NCBI GenBank assembly: GCA_965285935.1
Contig: OZ260665.1
Span: 18,042,001-18,106,000 of the forward strand
DNA from: Ophelia neglecta
Lineage: Eukaryota
Length of the DNA stretch: 64,000 bases
Direction: 5' to 3'
How positions within the stretch are numbered: position 1 is the first letter of the stretch; the number at the start of each line of letters is the position of its first letter. Shown here one piece after another: positions 41,601 to 55,305 of this stretch. The position numbers and the translations under genes were made by a program. The notes under the pieces are model-generated. The model was not told where the DNA came from, searched no databases, and saw only the letters and a program-made list of their open reading frames with translations.

Positions 41601-43412
41601 GCCATATGAAACCTACTCCTAAAGGGCCTTGCTGAAGAAGAATGAATCCCATTGGGAGGCTAGGATTTACAGCAGGCTTTTGTTGGTAAAAAGGAATTGG
41701 TGATAATTGAACACGGTCTGTCGAAACACATGGCTGTTAGGGTTATTGTACGATTTTGAACTTATAAACGCGGTGATAAATGGAAGCTTTTATACCCATT
41801 AAACAAAACTAAATTCGATTCATAAGGTATTTAAGAGTCATAGAGTGCTTCAACGCGACTTCTTTTCTGTTAATTCCATACTGGAATACTACGCTATCTT
41901 ATAAACATAGAGAAAAGGGGCTAACTACCACCCCATCCATTACCCCCCCCCCCCACGTCTGCACCCTTCGATAGGTATAGATTGGTGTGGGTAGGGTTAT
42001 CACTGTTCATAGTACCCGATCATTAAGGGGCAATCTAGTTATCGCCATAGTGTTCGCCGTTTACGCGCATTGAGTATATCTCTCCTACCATTTGTTTCTT
42101 TAAAAATTCCCTGATTATCGCCACCCAGGAAACTTGATGGTATTTTGGCGTTTATATACTGAATGGGATGCTCTCACACGATGCATCATTTTTGTATTTA
42201 AGTTAAACTTTTTGCGTAAATTACGAATTGCCACAAATACTCACACTTCACTTAACCTAGTCCTGAATGTTAAAGTCAGCACCACTGCTTTATCCACATT
42301 TTTCAACAGGATTGAACGATTCGCATCCTGAAAATTCATGTCATGATAATCGCAAATGGGCAACCTTGCAAATTTAATATATCTACCCAGACGGGTTAGT
42401 TTGAATTCATGTCGTGTGGAGCACATGAACAACGGTTCACGTCGACAGTGTTTTACATAATTGTACATATGTAACGAAACATGTACATACATATATATTT
42501 ATACTCGTTGGGCCACATCATCATATAGTCTGGAGTGAGCCGACGGGACACCAACTGCCAAATATGATTTAATAGAAAAATATTATCAACCTAACACTAT
42601 GACTAAAGAACGGCTTCATTCCTTTCCCTTGAGGATATCTGTCAACGACGGCAGTTGTGAGAGGCGACACGAATCGCGAAGGCGAGTTGGTTCTTTAATA
42701 ACCTGTCTTTGTGACTAGTTTTGGGATTTCCCTCACTGCACACTCAGTGTCATTAGGCAGACATATATCACTCAAATAGCTTTATGTCCCTGCTTGCTTT
42801 GAACAACAACATTAATTCGTTTCTCATCACTCTGACAAGTATAAGGCTTTGCATAAACACCATTGACATGTCTGTGTCAGAAGCCAATATTTATTACGAT
42901 TATTACCTACTGTGAAAATAAAAATAAATCCAGAACAGGGAAATTTTGCAGATCACTATACAGCTTATATTCAACGTTAAAAGAAGAGACTGACTACTAT
43001 CACAAGGATTTATATGACTAACCAGTTATTTTTTGAACTAGAATCGCTAATTCCTCAGAAAAACAAGGGGAGATGAAGCATAACTAGGAAACAAGGGAGT
43101 GAATAGCCGGCTGATAAAGACAGGTCATTATTCAAGAATACTCCATGAAGTAGGTCAGAAATCGTCAGGAACGAGCAGCGACAGTCCCACACATTAATGA
43201 TCCATCTCCAGCTCCTAAACAATAAATAAACTATGTAGGGACACTTTTTCTTGGATTTAGAGGTGGCCTTACATCCCAGGGACCGCTGTATAATCATTAA
43301 CATTTGCATGGTTGGTACAAACTTGGGGATCCTTAAATTACTCAGTTTAATTGGCCGAACGATTTGGAAATTTGATTGCCTAGGAACCTGACGAATGCGC
43401 ACAATTGTAATA

Positions 43413-43579
43413 AAGTGAAACCTGCCTTAAAGCCCTCCTCCATAATCAAACCAGCTGTCAATTTAGACCACCAGTATTAGGATACTTTTAAGTTAAATAA
43501 CCTGTCTAAATAGTCCACTTCCAAAATCAGACCAGTGTTCTCCAGTCCCTTTGGTGGTCTTAATAAACAGGTTTCACTG
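43413..43579. mobile_element. 167-bp Tc1/mariner(pogo)-type MITE with TA TSD
   Basis: TA|(A)AGTGAAACCTG ... CAGGTTTCACTG|TA (TA at 43411-43412 and 43580-43581; one terminal mismatch). Internal AGACCA(C/G) subterminal motifs and an inverted GGTGGTCT. Confidence 0.75.
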
Positions 43580-46500
43580 TATACAAAGAGAAGTTGTCAT
43601 CAGTTTTCCACGATGCGCGTCAGAACACAAAATAACCGAGCCAGTTGTCAGCGTAGGACAAAGATGATACACGTCTAGATTAAACTATGAAATAAAGCTT
43701 ATGCTTCGCACACGGAATTCAACAGGTATAAACGAGTAAAAGCTACCGAATTTCTAATCAGCTTCAATTCATCGTCGACATCACCTTTTAGGCAATATGT
43801 GATATTGGCAACTATGCGTACGGATTGGGCTATTTGTTCAGCCAGAAGAGTATAAGTAATTGGTCAAGGGTTGATCGCCTACACCATATAGATAGGGTCA
43901 ATGTTAACAAATACCCTATACACACGCATACATACATGTATATATGCATACACACACATACAAATATTCATATTGATTGGAATCAAGACAGGACATATAC
44001 AGAAACAACCGTTACTGCATTATCAGGAATAATTCACTTCACTCAGACGAATTGATCAATGTCCGTCAGGTGAAGACCGTCCAACATAAATAAATTCGGT
44101 TTCCTAATAGACAATAATTTTGACACAAAATTTACTATTCTTATTAGTAATAAATTTCGTATCACTTGCACTGAGAAGTAGCAAACCATTTAATTTTTTC
44201 CTTAATGTGAGTCACAGCAGGTTAATTTTTCCTTATACAAACATTTTAATTTTCTAAGAAAAGGCCTTTAGTGCATTACCAGGAATTTCACTTGATCGAA
44301 TTGAATGACAGCACACAGGTGAAATAATCAAGCCATATTGATATATATATAAAACAGAAGAGAATATATTTCCTGGCTTCAGTATTTATATGGTATATGT
44401 TTGGCGCCTAATAAAGTACCTAGATATTATCGATTTGTAAAGCAATACAGTTGTTTATTTGCATTTCATGTTAATAAAGCTGACCAGGGAATGCCAGTAT
44501 GGCGTTTCAGATTTTTTTTTACTAATGTATCGTTATTTGTTTACTTAACGGATCGGGTACCAACATGACATGGCACAGTACTATCAAAATATGGACAGCA
44601 GATATTTGCATTGTCTTCAAAACCAGTAAGCGTTTAATTCTCCATAACAGGGTAAAAGGCCACTGAGACTAATGTAATTTTGACAAGCACATCCGGTGTC
44701 AGACAATATTTGTGTAGTTCATCTTTCTCCTGAGTAAATTAGAAAACATACATAGTGTGACTCGTCTGGGCGATTAAGAGAGACATTTGCATGTCTGGCA
44801 CTTTGTCTACATGTATGATTAACATTGCTTCTCTTTTTGAATTTGATCATATATGCTTTTTGATCAAGATCAAGCCAATGGATAAATTTAGTATCGCGAA
44901 TAGTTTCTGTCGCACATGGACAAGTGCACTGCTTTACATGTTCAATCCTGCTTGCTGAACACCATTGCATAATGCAAGAATATCACTACAAAACCGTTAT
45001 TTATCTTCAGTGGAAGCCTGATTTGTTTGAACTTTTGTGGCATAAGCCCATATTATTTGCTACTAAAGAAATAAACAATGTACATTTCTAACACTATACG
45101 TATTTAAAACAATCTTTATGCATTTATATCATGCTTTATGGGGTAGCAGTCAACTTTTTCAAAGTAAATATAAAATGAATAGACTCGCACACAAATAAAG
45201 CAGAGTGTTTCTGTGCAGATACCGATTAATACGGTTTAGCGTTTCGAGGCCAAGGCCATTGTTTAGAATTTACAAAAGAGCTAATTTCGCTTCTTTAATA
45301 TTTTACGGAAGAAAGTTAGTAAACGTTAATATCAGAAGCAATGCAATTATGGAGGTACGTCGCAGCTTGAAGGGCTAAAGGTCTAACAAAGTGGGTCGAA
45401 GGCAACATCTTCAGGCCGATCAATGTAAATGAGCGAAAAAGAGTGTCAGCTGAAAGTCATTTTGAGAATGTTGGTGAGGCACCTGTGTCGGGTTGTTATC
45501 CCAATAGTACACTTACAGTTGACGGTTGTAGAACAAATAAATAAACCAGCATTAATGTGACATATATGGACATCTCTAGTAATGAGACATTGCGAGAAAA
45601 TGACAAAATGTGGTTAAACAATTGAGATGTTCCCATAAGGTTATTATCGTGATTTCTGTATTCTCCGATTACCGTCAACGTCGAACGTCTTTTAGAAATA
45701 ATTCATCAACATGAGGTATGTTGATGGTCTTCATTCGGATAATTCTATCACTGTTAAAAATATGCATTGCACAAATTTTAATACAATTTGATTTATATAA
45801 ATAGCATATGATATAAATTTATTCCTTTATATTTAGGAACTGCCGGTAAGAATATCTACGCATGTGACAGATAAATATATATCGATATATATTGAGAACA
45901 GTCTATTAAATGATGGTCACCATGAGCAATCGAGAGAAACAATTAAATACGATATAATTTATCATGAGAAGCTGCATGAATCAAACAACCTTTTTGATAA
46001 TCAACATTGCTTTTATCAAAAGCTTCAAAAGTCCCTTCAGTATTGTTCCTATAGAAGTCTCTTCTCAAAACTAAACACCTCGTGGAATAAACAACCATTA
46101 AAGTAGATAATTATACTCTTCTCCTGTATTCAGGGACTCGACCCACTTTACACAACCTTCTGGGGCTATTCTTGTGGATATTCTGCGAGGTATCCCCTAC
46201 CGTTATTTGGTCTCCTGTGTAAGACAGGTCTGTGGTAAACAAAGAAAGTCACGATCTGTACACATTCCCCCACCATTATCGAATAAACATGCCGTGACAG
46301 TACAGTGTAGGTAATCCTAATAGGCCACTCTGTATGCTAAATGGACCGCAGTTCAAACATTACAGTCAGAAAGACATTCGAGTCGCCAGCTAGCCACGCC
46401 AGTGCAATTAATGCAAATGAACAATTAACCAACTCTAAATGGTAAGGAACGGCGTGTTCTGTCTTAATGAAGAACACCTTAAGTGTGATCGGCATTCAGA

Positions 46501-49500
46501 GGACTAGATGGTACCCTCAAAATGCAAAGATTTACATGAAGCAGACCCTCATTATTTCTCAACTGTTCCTGATAAGTGTGTAGATAGGAAGGGTATTTAT
46601 GGTTCGGCGTTCGATGGGCCAAAACTGTTGCTTTGTTAATATAATTGCTATTGAATGACAGATTATGGCTGAAAAGGCCTTTGGGTAAAATGACTAAATA
46701 TGATACATGTAAAAGGGCAACCAAACTTGAATTACACAATTTTCTAAACCACAAAATTACTTTTTTAATTTCAATATGTAAAGAAAAACCAATTCGTTAA
46801 ATACACAACTAGAATTCATATTAATATGGTAACAATGTTGGATCTGCATCATTAACCATAATGTTCAAAGAGATTTACTGTTTTCAATACTGTTGATAAG
46901 TCTTTATCATGACATCAAATGTCTGTAGGAAATTTTTTTTAGCGCATTTTAAATTGAAACGAGAAGATTAATTTCAACGAGTCGTGTTTTCGACGATCAG
47001 CTTGCTAGAGCAGAATATAGGGGTAACCCACCCCTTATTCTTCTCTACATTTTCGCGATATATTAACCCTTAATTCTTAATGTTGATAGGTCGGCTAATA
47101 CCTTAAACATTCCTTCAGACAATTCATAATATTTAGACTAATTTACGACAAGAAAAACCAATGAATGTAGTTAATCCCTCAACCTTCAGACCGTCTCTAG
47201 GCTTCCATTAGACAACTATACGATGCCATAAATTATTCTGACAATGTGGAATAAAAACTATTTTAACGTATAAAATGATTACTTTCCTTCTAATGAATTG
47301 GCTTTCGCTTCCAAACAAATTCGTGCCCTCTAACCAGACAGTCAAGTGCGACACCGAGGAGTGCAGTCAATAGTTCATACCGCCATCGAAGAGCACTCTT
47401 GATTGTATTAGGCGTCATAGCATATCAGCAATCGACATATTTATACTGCAAGGTACACATAAACAATAAAGGCTGTTGAACTTGTTCACCGGAGGGAGCC
47501 TGGTAGGCGTATATGTGTGCGGGAGGTTAGATGAGGTAGAGGTAGAAGGGGGCCGAGCTATGATTTGTGGTTTACAGAATGCTTATATTTCATGATTTTC
47601 TTGGGCTTTATGGGCTTGTTTTCTCCATGTCGCTTACTGTTTTCATTTCTTACTTCCGCAACTTCCACCTATCATTGTATACTTCGTCTTTCTCAGAATA
47701 TCAATGGTTTACTTTCAAGAATATGACACATTACACATTACACATTAATTTATTCATTTACGTCATCCATTAGTTAGAAGCCCCCAACATTATTTTTTTC
47801 TGTTAAGCAAGCAATAAAAGGTCTAACAGGTGCCGGTGGGTCAGTGTCGAGTGTCTTCTTTAAACAGCCAATCAGCCTTTCTCTTCTTCAGGTGCACAAC
47901 CAGGGAAGACTCACTACACTGTTTGGGATACAGAACGGTTCTCTAAGCTGTCAATGTCATGGAGAAAATATATAGTTCTTATGCTTTTTTTGTTGCACAA
48001 ATTATGTTCTATGATTAGCTATTACAAGGTTCGAACACGAAGAAAGGCATATTTTTTCAGAATTTTCAATTTGACCAAATTAAATTGAATATATAATCGG
48101 ATCGATGTATGGCGATGGACACGTTGTATAGTGCCAAGCACATTTGGGAAAAAATGTATTCAGTACAAAGAAAAACAAGTTAAAGCTTCTGCTATTCGAG
48201 GAAAAGAATTTCGGGGATTCGGATATGTCTTATGCATCCAGGTTGATGGGGTAATATTTTACATCAATAGCTTCCCACTCGTGTACTCAGACCGCAGCAT
48301 GGTCTGAGATTGTTCCTTTAAGGCAGTGAATATATTGCAGGGGCAATCCTTTCAGAATTCATTTAGCATTTTCGACAGTCTCGAGGCTAGTTCACCAGCA
48401 TAGAAGCTGAAAGTTGGTTTCTTGGTAATAGATCTAAAATCGCAGATTAGTGGTTCCTCAAGGGCATTTATATGGCATATGAGTGGCTCCGACATTCATA
48501 AGTTATCCCGATAGACAGCCACTAGGGAAATAACACGCAGTTCTCCCGAGTAAAATGGGTAGTAAATGCAAATCCCACGTTATATATGTCTTTATTCAAT
48601 TGTCCTCGGTCAACGCGTGATTATGTGGGAATTTTATTCGCTATTATCGTCTGGCACTTTCCTGATTGCAAAAGGATGTGTATGTATTTAGCTGAGGCTC
48701 CCTGTTACTCCCAGGACTTTTCTCATATATAAATATCGTCTGCAGCCCTTGACAATAACTTGTCTAGTTACCAGGCGGCCAAATCACAACCATTAATAAA
48801 GAAAAGTCTTTAATATCAGTCCGAAAGGTGTAACCACAAACATTTCATTGTAAAGATAATATTAATAAAAAAAAACATCGATATCAGCGATATTGAAATG
48901 GAAAGAAGAAAGACTTTCCCGTGATGCGAATCAGACAGCTTAGATACAAGTCAGCCGTGAAGGTAGGACAGCAAGGAAAATACCTACAATATACTAAGAT
49001 TTACTAAGTTCACTCAAATTGTGAGCGGAAAAAAATATATACCATGGAAGATACCACATTACCTCCTTTTCGAAGAGTTCGTTTAAACATACTTTTATTA
49101 ATTATTGACGCTATTATTTGCAGTGAAAGTAAGAATTCCCAGTCATCAAGTAATGAATAACCAGTTCCTTAATGTTAGATCATAATGAATGCTTGCTCTT
49201 GCACAAGCAGACATACACATTATCCTGAATTCAAAGTCCACCAGTCAACAAGAAGATTTCCTGCTTTGGAACTGATGGCCGCAGCGAGCCTTGTTTATTC
49301 AAACAGACTCAAGGAATATTTCTAACTCCCTTTTATGAAGTAAATTCAGGATGCTGTCCTTTGTTATCCACAGATTAGGCAAGGAGACCAACGAGTTGTT
49401 TAAATAACGTTATCCCATTTACAATGATGTAGCTTTAAATTGGGAAAGATTCTTTACAATTATTTTATTTGACAGTGCTCGCATATATACAAAGCAGGAA

Positions 49501-50762
49501 GAACAGTTAATTCCCTGCCATTGTGATGTGATGAATTGGGTGATTTAGATAGCTTTCCTAGAGGCAATGATGGGGTTGAATCCTATATCAGCGGTAATCT
49601 TGTAAACCTTCAACAAAGAGGACTGCATTCCGCAAACGAGCAAACGAATATAACTAACGGACATGTCCCCAGGCAATGTGTCTTGGGCCACAAGCTCGCA
49701 TGTATGACATACAACAGCCCCTCGACTGTGCAGTAAACTGGTCATATTATGTGTTTCATATTAAGTTGCATTCCAAGAAAACATAATATAATTTGTATGA
49801 CTAAAAGAACATATGCTAAATATACCACATAACCATTCAACGATTCAAATAGATAATACAATAAACAAAAATTAATAAATAAATAAACAAAATGAAAGGT
49901 TGATAACTGAACGAGTGAAAAAACAACAACAAATGGAAAAGCAACTGAAATCGACAAAAAAATATGATTTTATTCTGCAAATACCTAAAACTAGATACTT
50001 AAAGATATCCCACGCCAATGTAGATGGATCATTAATGTCACATATGGATTCGTTACTAGAAATAAGAGCATCATTATGTTTAACTAAATCTGTTTGAACT
50101 CAAATTTCAAAGCCAGTTTAATCTTGATCTGAGTTAGCATCAATTACATATACCTGGTCGACGCTATCAAAAAAGGAAGGGGACGCCCGATAGCAAAATC
50201 ATGGATGAAGTAATCATTTACCCTATTTAAATGAGAAAAATAAGAACAATCACGCAAATTACCACCTATCGCATGATTAAGAGATCATACGATCAGGTGT
50301 GACCGAGGCTTTTGCAAACTCAACGTAGATTTTCTTTAACATTTTGACTAGAAAAGATATATCACCAGACTAAACGTCTACATGATTGTGATACAGTTAC
50401 ACGTCATAGCAACCTCTTAATATAACTTAAATATTAATTTTAATTTAATTTTCCTACACCCTGACGTGTATATTTACGTAGTATAACTACCTAAATCACA
50501 AAATTTTATTGTTTGCTGCTAGCCAATGTCTTAAAATAAAGGCCCAATCACATTAAAAGCTTGGGCTTAGATACTAGCTTACATTACCTACACTATTCTA
50601 CTTTATTTAATTTATGAATAAGTCAGATGATTAAGGAAGTTAGCGAACCTTAAACCTGTTCAATTTATGAAAACACGTGAAAAGGCTGATGCGGTGATTT
50701 GATATCAGACTATTGGCATATTTGGAAGTGTTATCTTAATATATGCTGTCTTAAACAGATCA

Positions 50763-51099
50763 GACCACCAAAGTGTGGCCGAGTGGTTAGAGTGTCCGCC
50801 TCGCACGTCGTAGATCGGGGTTCGAATCCCGATCGCGTCAAACCTAGGACGTAAAAATAGGTACTGATAGCTCCCCTGCCAGGTGCCCGGTATTTCGGGG
50901 ATAGTATCAGGACTGGTCAACCCGGAGACAGTATAATGTGACTGGGTGGGGTTCCCTTTGTGTAGTCTACGGCAGGTACTCCAGTGAGGCAGCACTCTAA
51001 AGAGGGCATTGGGCCCACTGTCACAAGTAGGCACCGTGGTGATATGACCATATAATTGTTGAAAGCCATGTGAAACCCCAAACAACTAACCAAAAAAAA
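50763..51099 (+). mobile_element. tRNA-derived SINE with Meta-like central domain (MetaSINE-like), apparently full length
   Basis: A box TGGCCGAGTGG (50776-50786) and B box GGTTCGAATCC (50819-50829). These are followed by GTCAAACCTAGGACGTAAAAATAGGTACTGATAGCTCCCCTGCC, resembling the Meta domain, and by a LINE-like 3' tail ending AAACCCCAAACAACTAACC plus an A-run. Confidence 0.85.
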
Positions 51100-51929
51100 T
51101 CTTTATCAGGTCAATGACTCGCAAACATTTCATGGAATGTCTAGGCCAAGTGGTCTGCCAAGCAATCTATTTTGTATTTATTGACACTAGAAGACTTTTG
51201 AAGTTAACATTGGTGTCTTATTAAAGAAACTATGTCTTTTCTTCATTATTGTGATTGTAATAGTTCCCGCCCTGGACATATTAGATATATGTTAGTTATC
51301 ATGTTCATATTTATTAAATTATGTATGTCCGTATGTTATTTACAAAAGTTCAATGCGTGATGACTCGAATGTATTCTACCAACAGACTTACAATCTTCTG
51401 TACTTAAGATACGGAGTGGGAAGATTGGATCAATACACAATGAAAGGATGAATTAAGAGAGGACACGGATGCAATGATACCCACAAACTTTACCCGCTTT
51501 ACCTTGAAATCGCTTGACGCAGACTATATTCCTTGTCTTTTGTACATGTTGACACTTGTGCCACAAGACCGGAACAGAACGTATAAGCTTAATGCTTAAT
51601 AAAGAGGGAAGGATTTAAATTTTAAAACTGGTTCCTTTGCCTTCCCCCTTGTGACAGCGCAATACAATGTTAACTAAAGTGAATCATTTACGCGTTAATT
51701 GTGACTGTTTACGTTCATCCCCGACACACTGTTATATATCCAGAACCAGATTCATTCAACCACCCCCCCCCCCCCCCCTCACCCCCACCCACCGCCCCTC
51801 CTCCAGCACAAGTATGAGTTGCTTCTGCCACTGAAACCTTTGTAGTGTTTGTATTACAAATTTTATTCTAGCCTTTAAGTTATCCATAACCCTATGGCGC
51901 AGTAGTTTCGGTACCAGGTCTGGTCGGAA

Positions 51930-52220
51930 TATCGGAACATTGTTATCAAGGAATGGGGAGTTCACTATTGGGAAATCGATATCATCTCTTTTTTTTATAG
52001 AATAACGTGATTTTAAAATGTCTACCTTCATCAACCAGACAAATCCGCCTGTCCGTATTGATTTATTTCGATGTGCCTTAGGAAGGAATGAAATGTTTTT
52101 TGAGTCAGATTCAATACTAACGATGAACAATATTCCTGGTTTGGCGTAAAAACAAACATGCTTGGACGATGTTTGCTATGGATATACGTAGCTATGCCCG
52201 GATTCATTCGTTTGATCAAT
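51930..52220 (-). mobile_element. Decayed Penelope-like element fragment (RT thumb region)
   Basis: Minus-strand KKRDDIDFPIVNSPFLDNNVP matches the typical DKRDDFNFPIVNFPFL.SNIP motif. It is preceded by IESDSKNISFL. Confidence 0.75.
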
Positions 52221-52414
52221 GTACATTTCGATTTCGGAAACAATATAAGTCTTAAGCTGCAAGCTAGCTCAATATATGTTTTATGAACTTTAAGCCTGGG
52301 GCCTGTTTCAGAAAGGATTAGGCATGGATTTATACGTAACTCCAGATTAATCTGCGGGATTACTGTTGATTCCGATTTCATAAACGGCAATCGTCGGCAT
52401 GCCCGGCTTATTAA

Positions 52415-53795
52415 TAACTGCAATTTGTATAGCGCTTATCTAAGACTCTAAGCGCTTCACATAAGTGAGGTAAAACAGCTAGTTATAGCCAAGAATAAAT
52501 ATAATAATTTAAATAACCAGACGACAGACAAGCTAATTAAAACATTTCCTAAACAGGTGGGTTTTTAAAAGTTTCTTAAAAGTAACGACTGTATCTGCAG
52601 CTTTAACAGCTTCTGGGAGAGCATTCCAGAGTCTTGGAGCGGCAACCTTGAAAGTAGCAAGTCCCATGAACTCTAGATTGTACTTGGGGATATATAGGTT
52701 GTTTGATGCATTTGCAGAGCGGAGAGTGCGACTGGAAACAGGCTGGGTCAGGAGCTCCGAGAGATATGATGGCGCTTCCCCCTTCAGAGCTTTGAAAGTA
52801 AGGAGAAGGATCTTGAACTTAATCCTTTCCCCGACCTTTAGCCAGTGTAGATCTTTGAGCACAGGTGTCATGCTTTCTCTCCTCCCAGTTTTGGTAACAA
52901 TCCTGGCTGCACTATATTGGACAGATTGAAGACGTTTAACGTATTTGTCTGGTATTCCAACTAGTAGAGAGTTGCAGTAATCCAGTCGTGATGTGACTAA
53001 AGACTGGACAACTGATTTGCATGCATTCTCTGTGAGATTGCCACGTATCTTTGATATGTTCCTCAGCTGGAAGTTACAGGTTTTGATAACATATTTGACC
53101 TGGTTCTCCATGGTTAAAGTACGATCAAGGTATACTCCTAGGTTCTTTACTACAGAGACAGGTTGGATGGTGCTATCTCCCAGTCGGATCTGGATATTAC
53201 TTAAAACATCTGCCTTCCTCTGACCGGAGAAAAAGATGATTTCTGTCTTCCCCTCGTTAAGTTTGAGGAGGTTTTCTGACATCCAGCAGTTTACATCAGA
53301 GACGCATGTCTCAATCTTGGCTGTGATGTTGCTGATGTCATCCTTTGGTCTAATGGTGATGTATAGTTGCGAGTCATCAGCGTAGATGTGGTAGACCATC
53401 CCATGATACACAAAGATGGCTGTCACTGGCTTGGAGTAGTGACAGTAAAAATCTGCCCCCAGAACGGACCCCTGTGGTACAGAGTAGTGGAGACAGATCT
53501 CTGGAGACTCGCTGTTGCCTATGGACACAACTTGCTTCCTATCCTGCAAGTAGTTGGCGACCCATTTGATGACGTCACCCTTTAGGCCATACTGATTCTC
53601 CAGCCTTTTGGGGAGGATGCTATGGTCGATGGTGTCAAACGCTGCCGAAAGGTCCAAAAGTATCAAAACAGCGGAGTGACCCTGATCTACAGCTAATGCA
53701 ATGTCATTCTTCACTCTTAGTAGGGCTGTTTCTGTTGAGTGGTTCTTGCGGTAAGCTGACTGAAATGGGTCATGTAGGTTGTTTACAATGTAGGT
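52415..53795 (-). mobile_element. 5'-truncated L2-clade (CR1/L2 group) LINE with 3' stem-loop and 7-bp TSD
   Basis: TTATTAA at 52408-52414 and 53796-53802 flanks the element. The 3' UTR has an 8-bp stem AGCGCTTA/TAAGCGCT (52431-52456) followed on the element strand by ATACAAAT...TTATT, typical of L2 tails. Confidence 0.92.
52533..53795 (-). CDS. LINE ORF2 fragment: reverse transcriptase and C-terminal domain (420 uninterrupted codons, no native start)
   Basis: Motifs DPFQSAYRKNHSTETALL, LLDLSAAFDTIDH, VPQGSVLG, YADD, LKLNEGKTE, KNLGV, SRLDYCNSLL, LHWL, APRLWNALP and FKKLLKTHLF. The frame is open from the 5' junction to the TAA at 52535-52533. The endonuclease domain is absent. Confidence 0.93.
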   Translation of the reverse strand, partial: TYIVNNLHDPFQSAYRKNHSTETALLRVKNDIALAVDQGHSAVLILLDLSAAFDTIDHSILPKRLENQYGLKGDVIKWVANYLQDRKQVVSIGNSESPEICLHYSVPQGSVLGADFYCHYSKPVTAIFVYHGMVYHIYADDSQLYITIRPKDDISNITAKIETCVSDVNCWMSENLLKLNEGKTEIIFFSGQRKADVLSNIQIRLGDSTIQPVSVVKNLGVYLDRTLTMENQVKYVIKTCNFQLRNISKIRGNLTENACKSVVQSLVTSRLDYCNSLLVGIPDKYVKRLQSVQYSAARIVTKTGRRESMTPVLKDLHWLKVGERIKFKILLLTFKALKGEAPSYLSELLTQPVSSRTLRSANASNNLYIPKYNLEFMGLATFKVAAPRLWNALPEAVKAADTVVTFKKLLKTHLFRKCFN

Positions 53796-54383
53796 TTATT
53801 AAATGAACAGTATTGCGACACATGTTCATAAATAACAATTATGTAAGATAAACAGCCTTGTTTAACTGAGATATATTTTCCGTGAAAGTTGATATCATAA
53901 GCAACTTTTGAGACGGAACTAGTCGTATTTTGTTGACTGGATATTACTACTCAATCTTCTAATAGCGTGGTAATAGGCACAAATCTCCGTGTAAGTGAAA
54001 CGGAAATTATGCGTAAGCTGGAGGTCATTTTAACCCCGCTTCGAACAAGCCTGGAAAGCCATTGCGGAGTAGTGCGACACATGATCATTGATACTATGTA
54101 TCTATGAGGTAACAGCTTTGTTTAACAAGCTTAAATATGTACATGTAAGCATGGCATTTTCATATGATATCACCGAACTGTATAGATAAATCATACCGTA
54201 TTTTGTACCTCCGATGAGCGAGGTTTTATTCATTAAAAGGCCGCTTAAGTAAATCATGGAACTATGATTAACTGGAGCTCTTTTTAATCCTGATTTGGCC
54301 TGTCTACGGATTTTCCTGTTTCAGGGTCAATTTGAGTGTATTATAGTGGAGGCTGATTAATACCAAATAGGTTTGAGAATGTA

Positions 54384-55305
54384 GACTTGCACGTTGAAAC
54401 TTGTTTTCCAATATTTTCGTAAGTATGCTAATATGTAGCAAAATTTGAAAGAATTAAAAGTTTTCCCGACATATTCGAGAGGTTAAATGCTTTTCATATT
54501 TATTTGTAACAGAACGATGTACAGGCTACTAAAAATCACCAAATTAACAAACCTCTTTAATCATGAGTTTCATTGAGTTCTAAAAAAAAGACTAATCTTC
54601 GATTTTTCCCTTTCCACTAATGATTAAAGGTTCGACTTCTTACGGTAAATCTTTCTTCCAATTTATATGGCCATATAAATTATGAGATAAGCTTCACGAC
54701 AACAAGGTGTAATTCTAGATAAATAACTTTGCATATCTGACGGGTTTTCACTCCCTTTGTTTATGACAAACTATCTGAATGTATATAATTTGCTCTTTCA
54801 TATAGCAATAGTATTAACGTATTGTTTCTACCAAGAAATACAAAGAGCGTTGGCTTGCACGGTGAAACATATTCCTTTTTCAACATCTTCATAAGTATGC
54901 TATTTCGTAGCCAAATTTGAATGAAAGATCTACCGACATGTACGAGAAGTTAAATATTTTCAAATTTATTTGTAACAGAACGATGTAAAGGCTACTAAAA
55001 ATCAACAAACTAACAAACGTATTTAATCATGAGCTTCATTGAGTTGAAAAAAATTATCTTCCATTTTTTCCCTGTGCACTAATGAAGGAAGGTTCGACTA
55101 CTTGCGGTAAATCGTTCTTCCAATTTATATGGTCAAATGTTAGATAAGCTTCACGACAAAAAGGTGTAATTCTAGATAAATCATTTCGCATATTCCAACG
55201 GGTGTTCACTCCCGTTTTTTTATAACAAAATATCTGAATGAATAAAATGTTGCTCTTTCACATAGCAAGACAATATGAGAGACTATGCGCATTAACGTAT
55301 ACTAT
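54384..55305 (+). repeat. Older diverged tandem duplication, two units of about 460 bp
   Basis: Collinear shared blocks CTTGCACG.TGAAAC, ATTTATTTGTAACAGAACGATGTA.AGGCTACTAAAAATCA, AGATAAGCTTCACGACAA.AAGGTGTAATTCTAGATAAAT and TGCTCTTTCA.ATAGCAA in 54384-54851 and 54852-55305. Confidence 0.92.

Noticed and set aside
42590-42780. Quasi-palindromic segment resembling Crypton-like non-autonomous repeats (similar pieces near 7700 and 10390)
   Set aside because: Boundaries and family cannot be established from this window alone.
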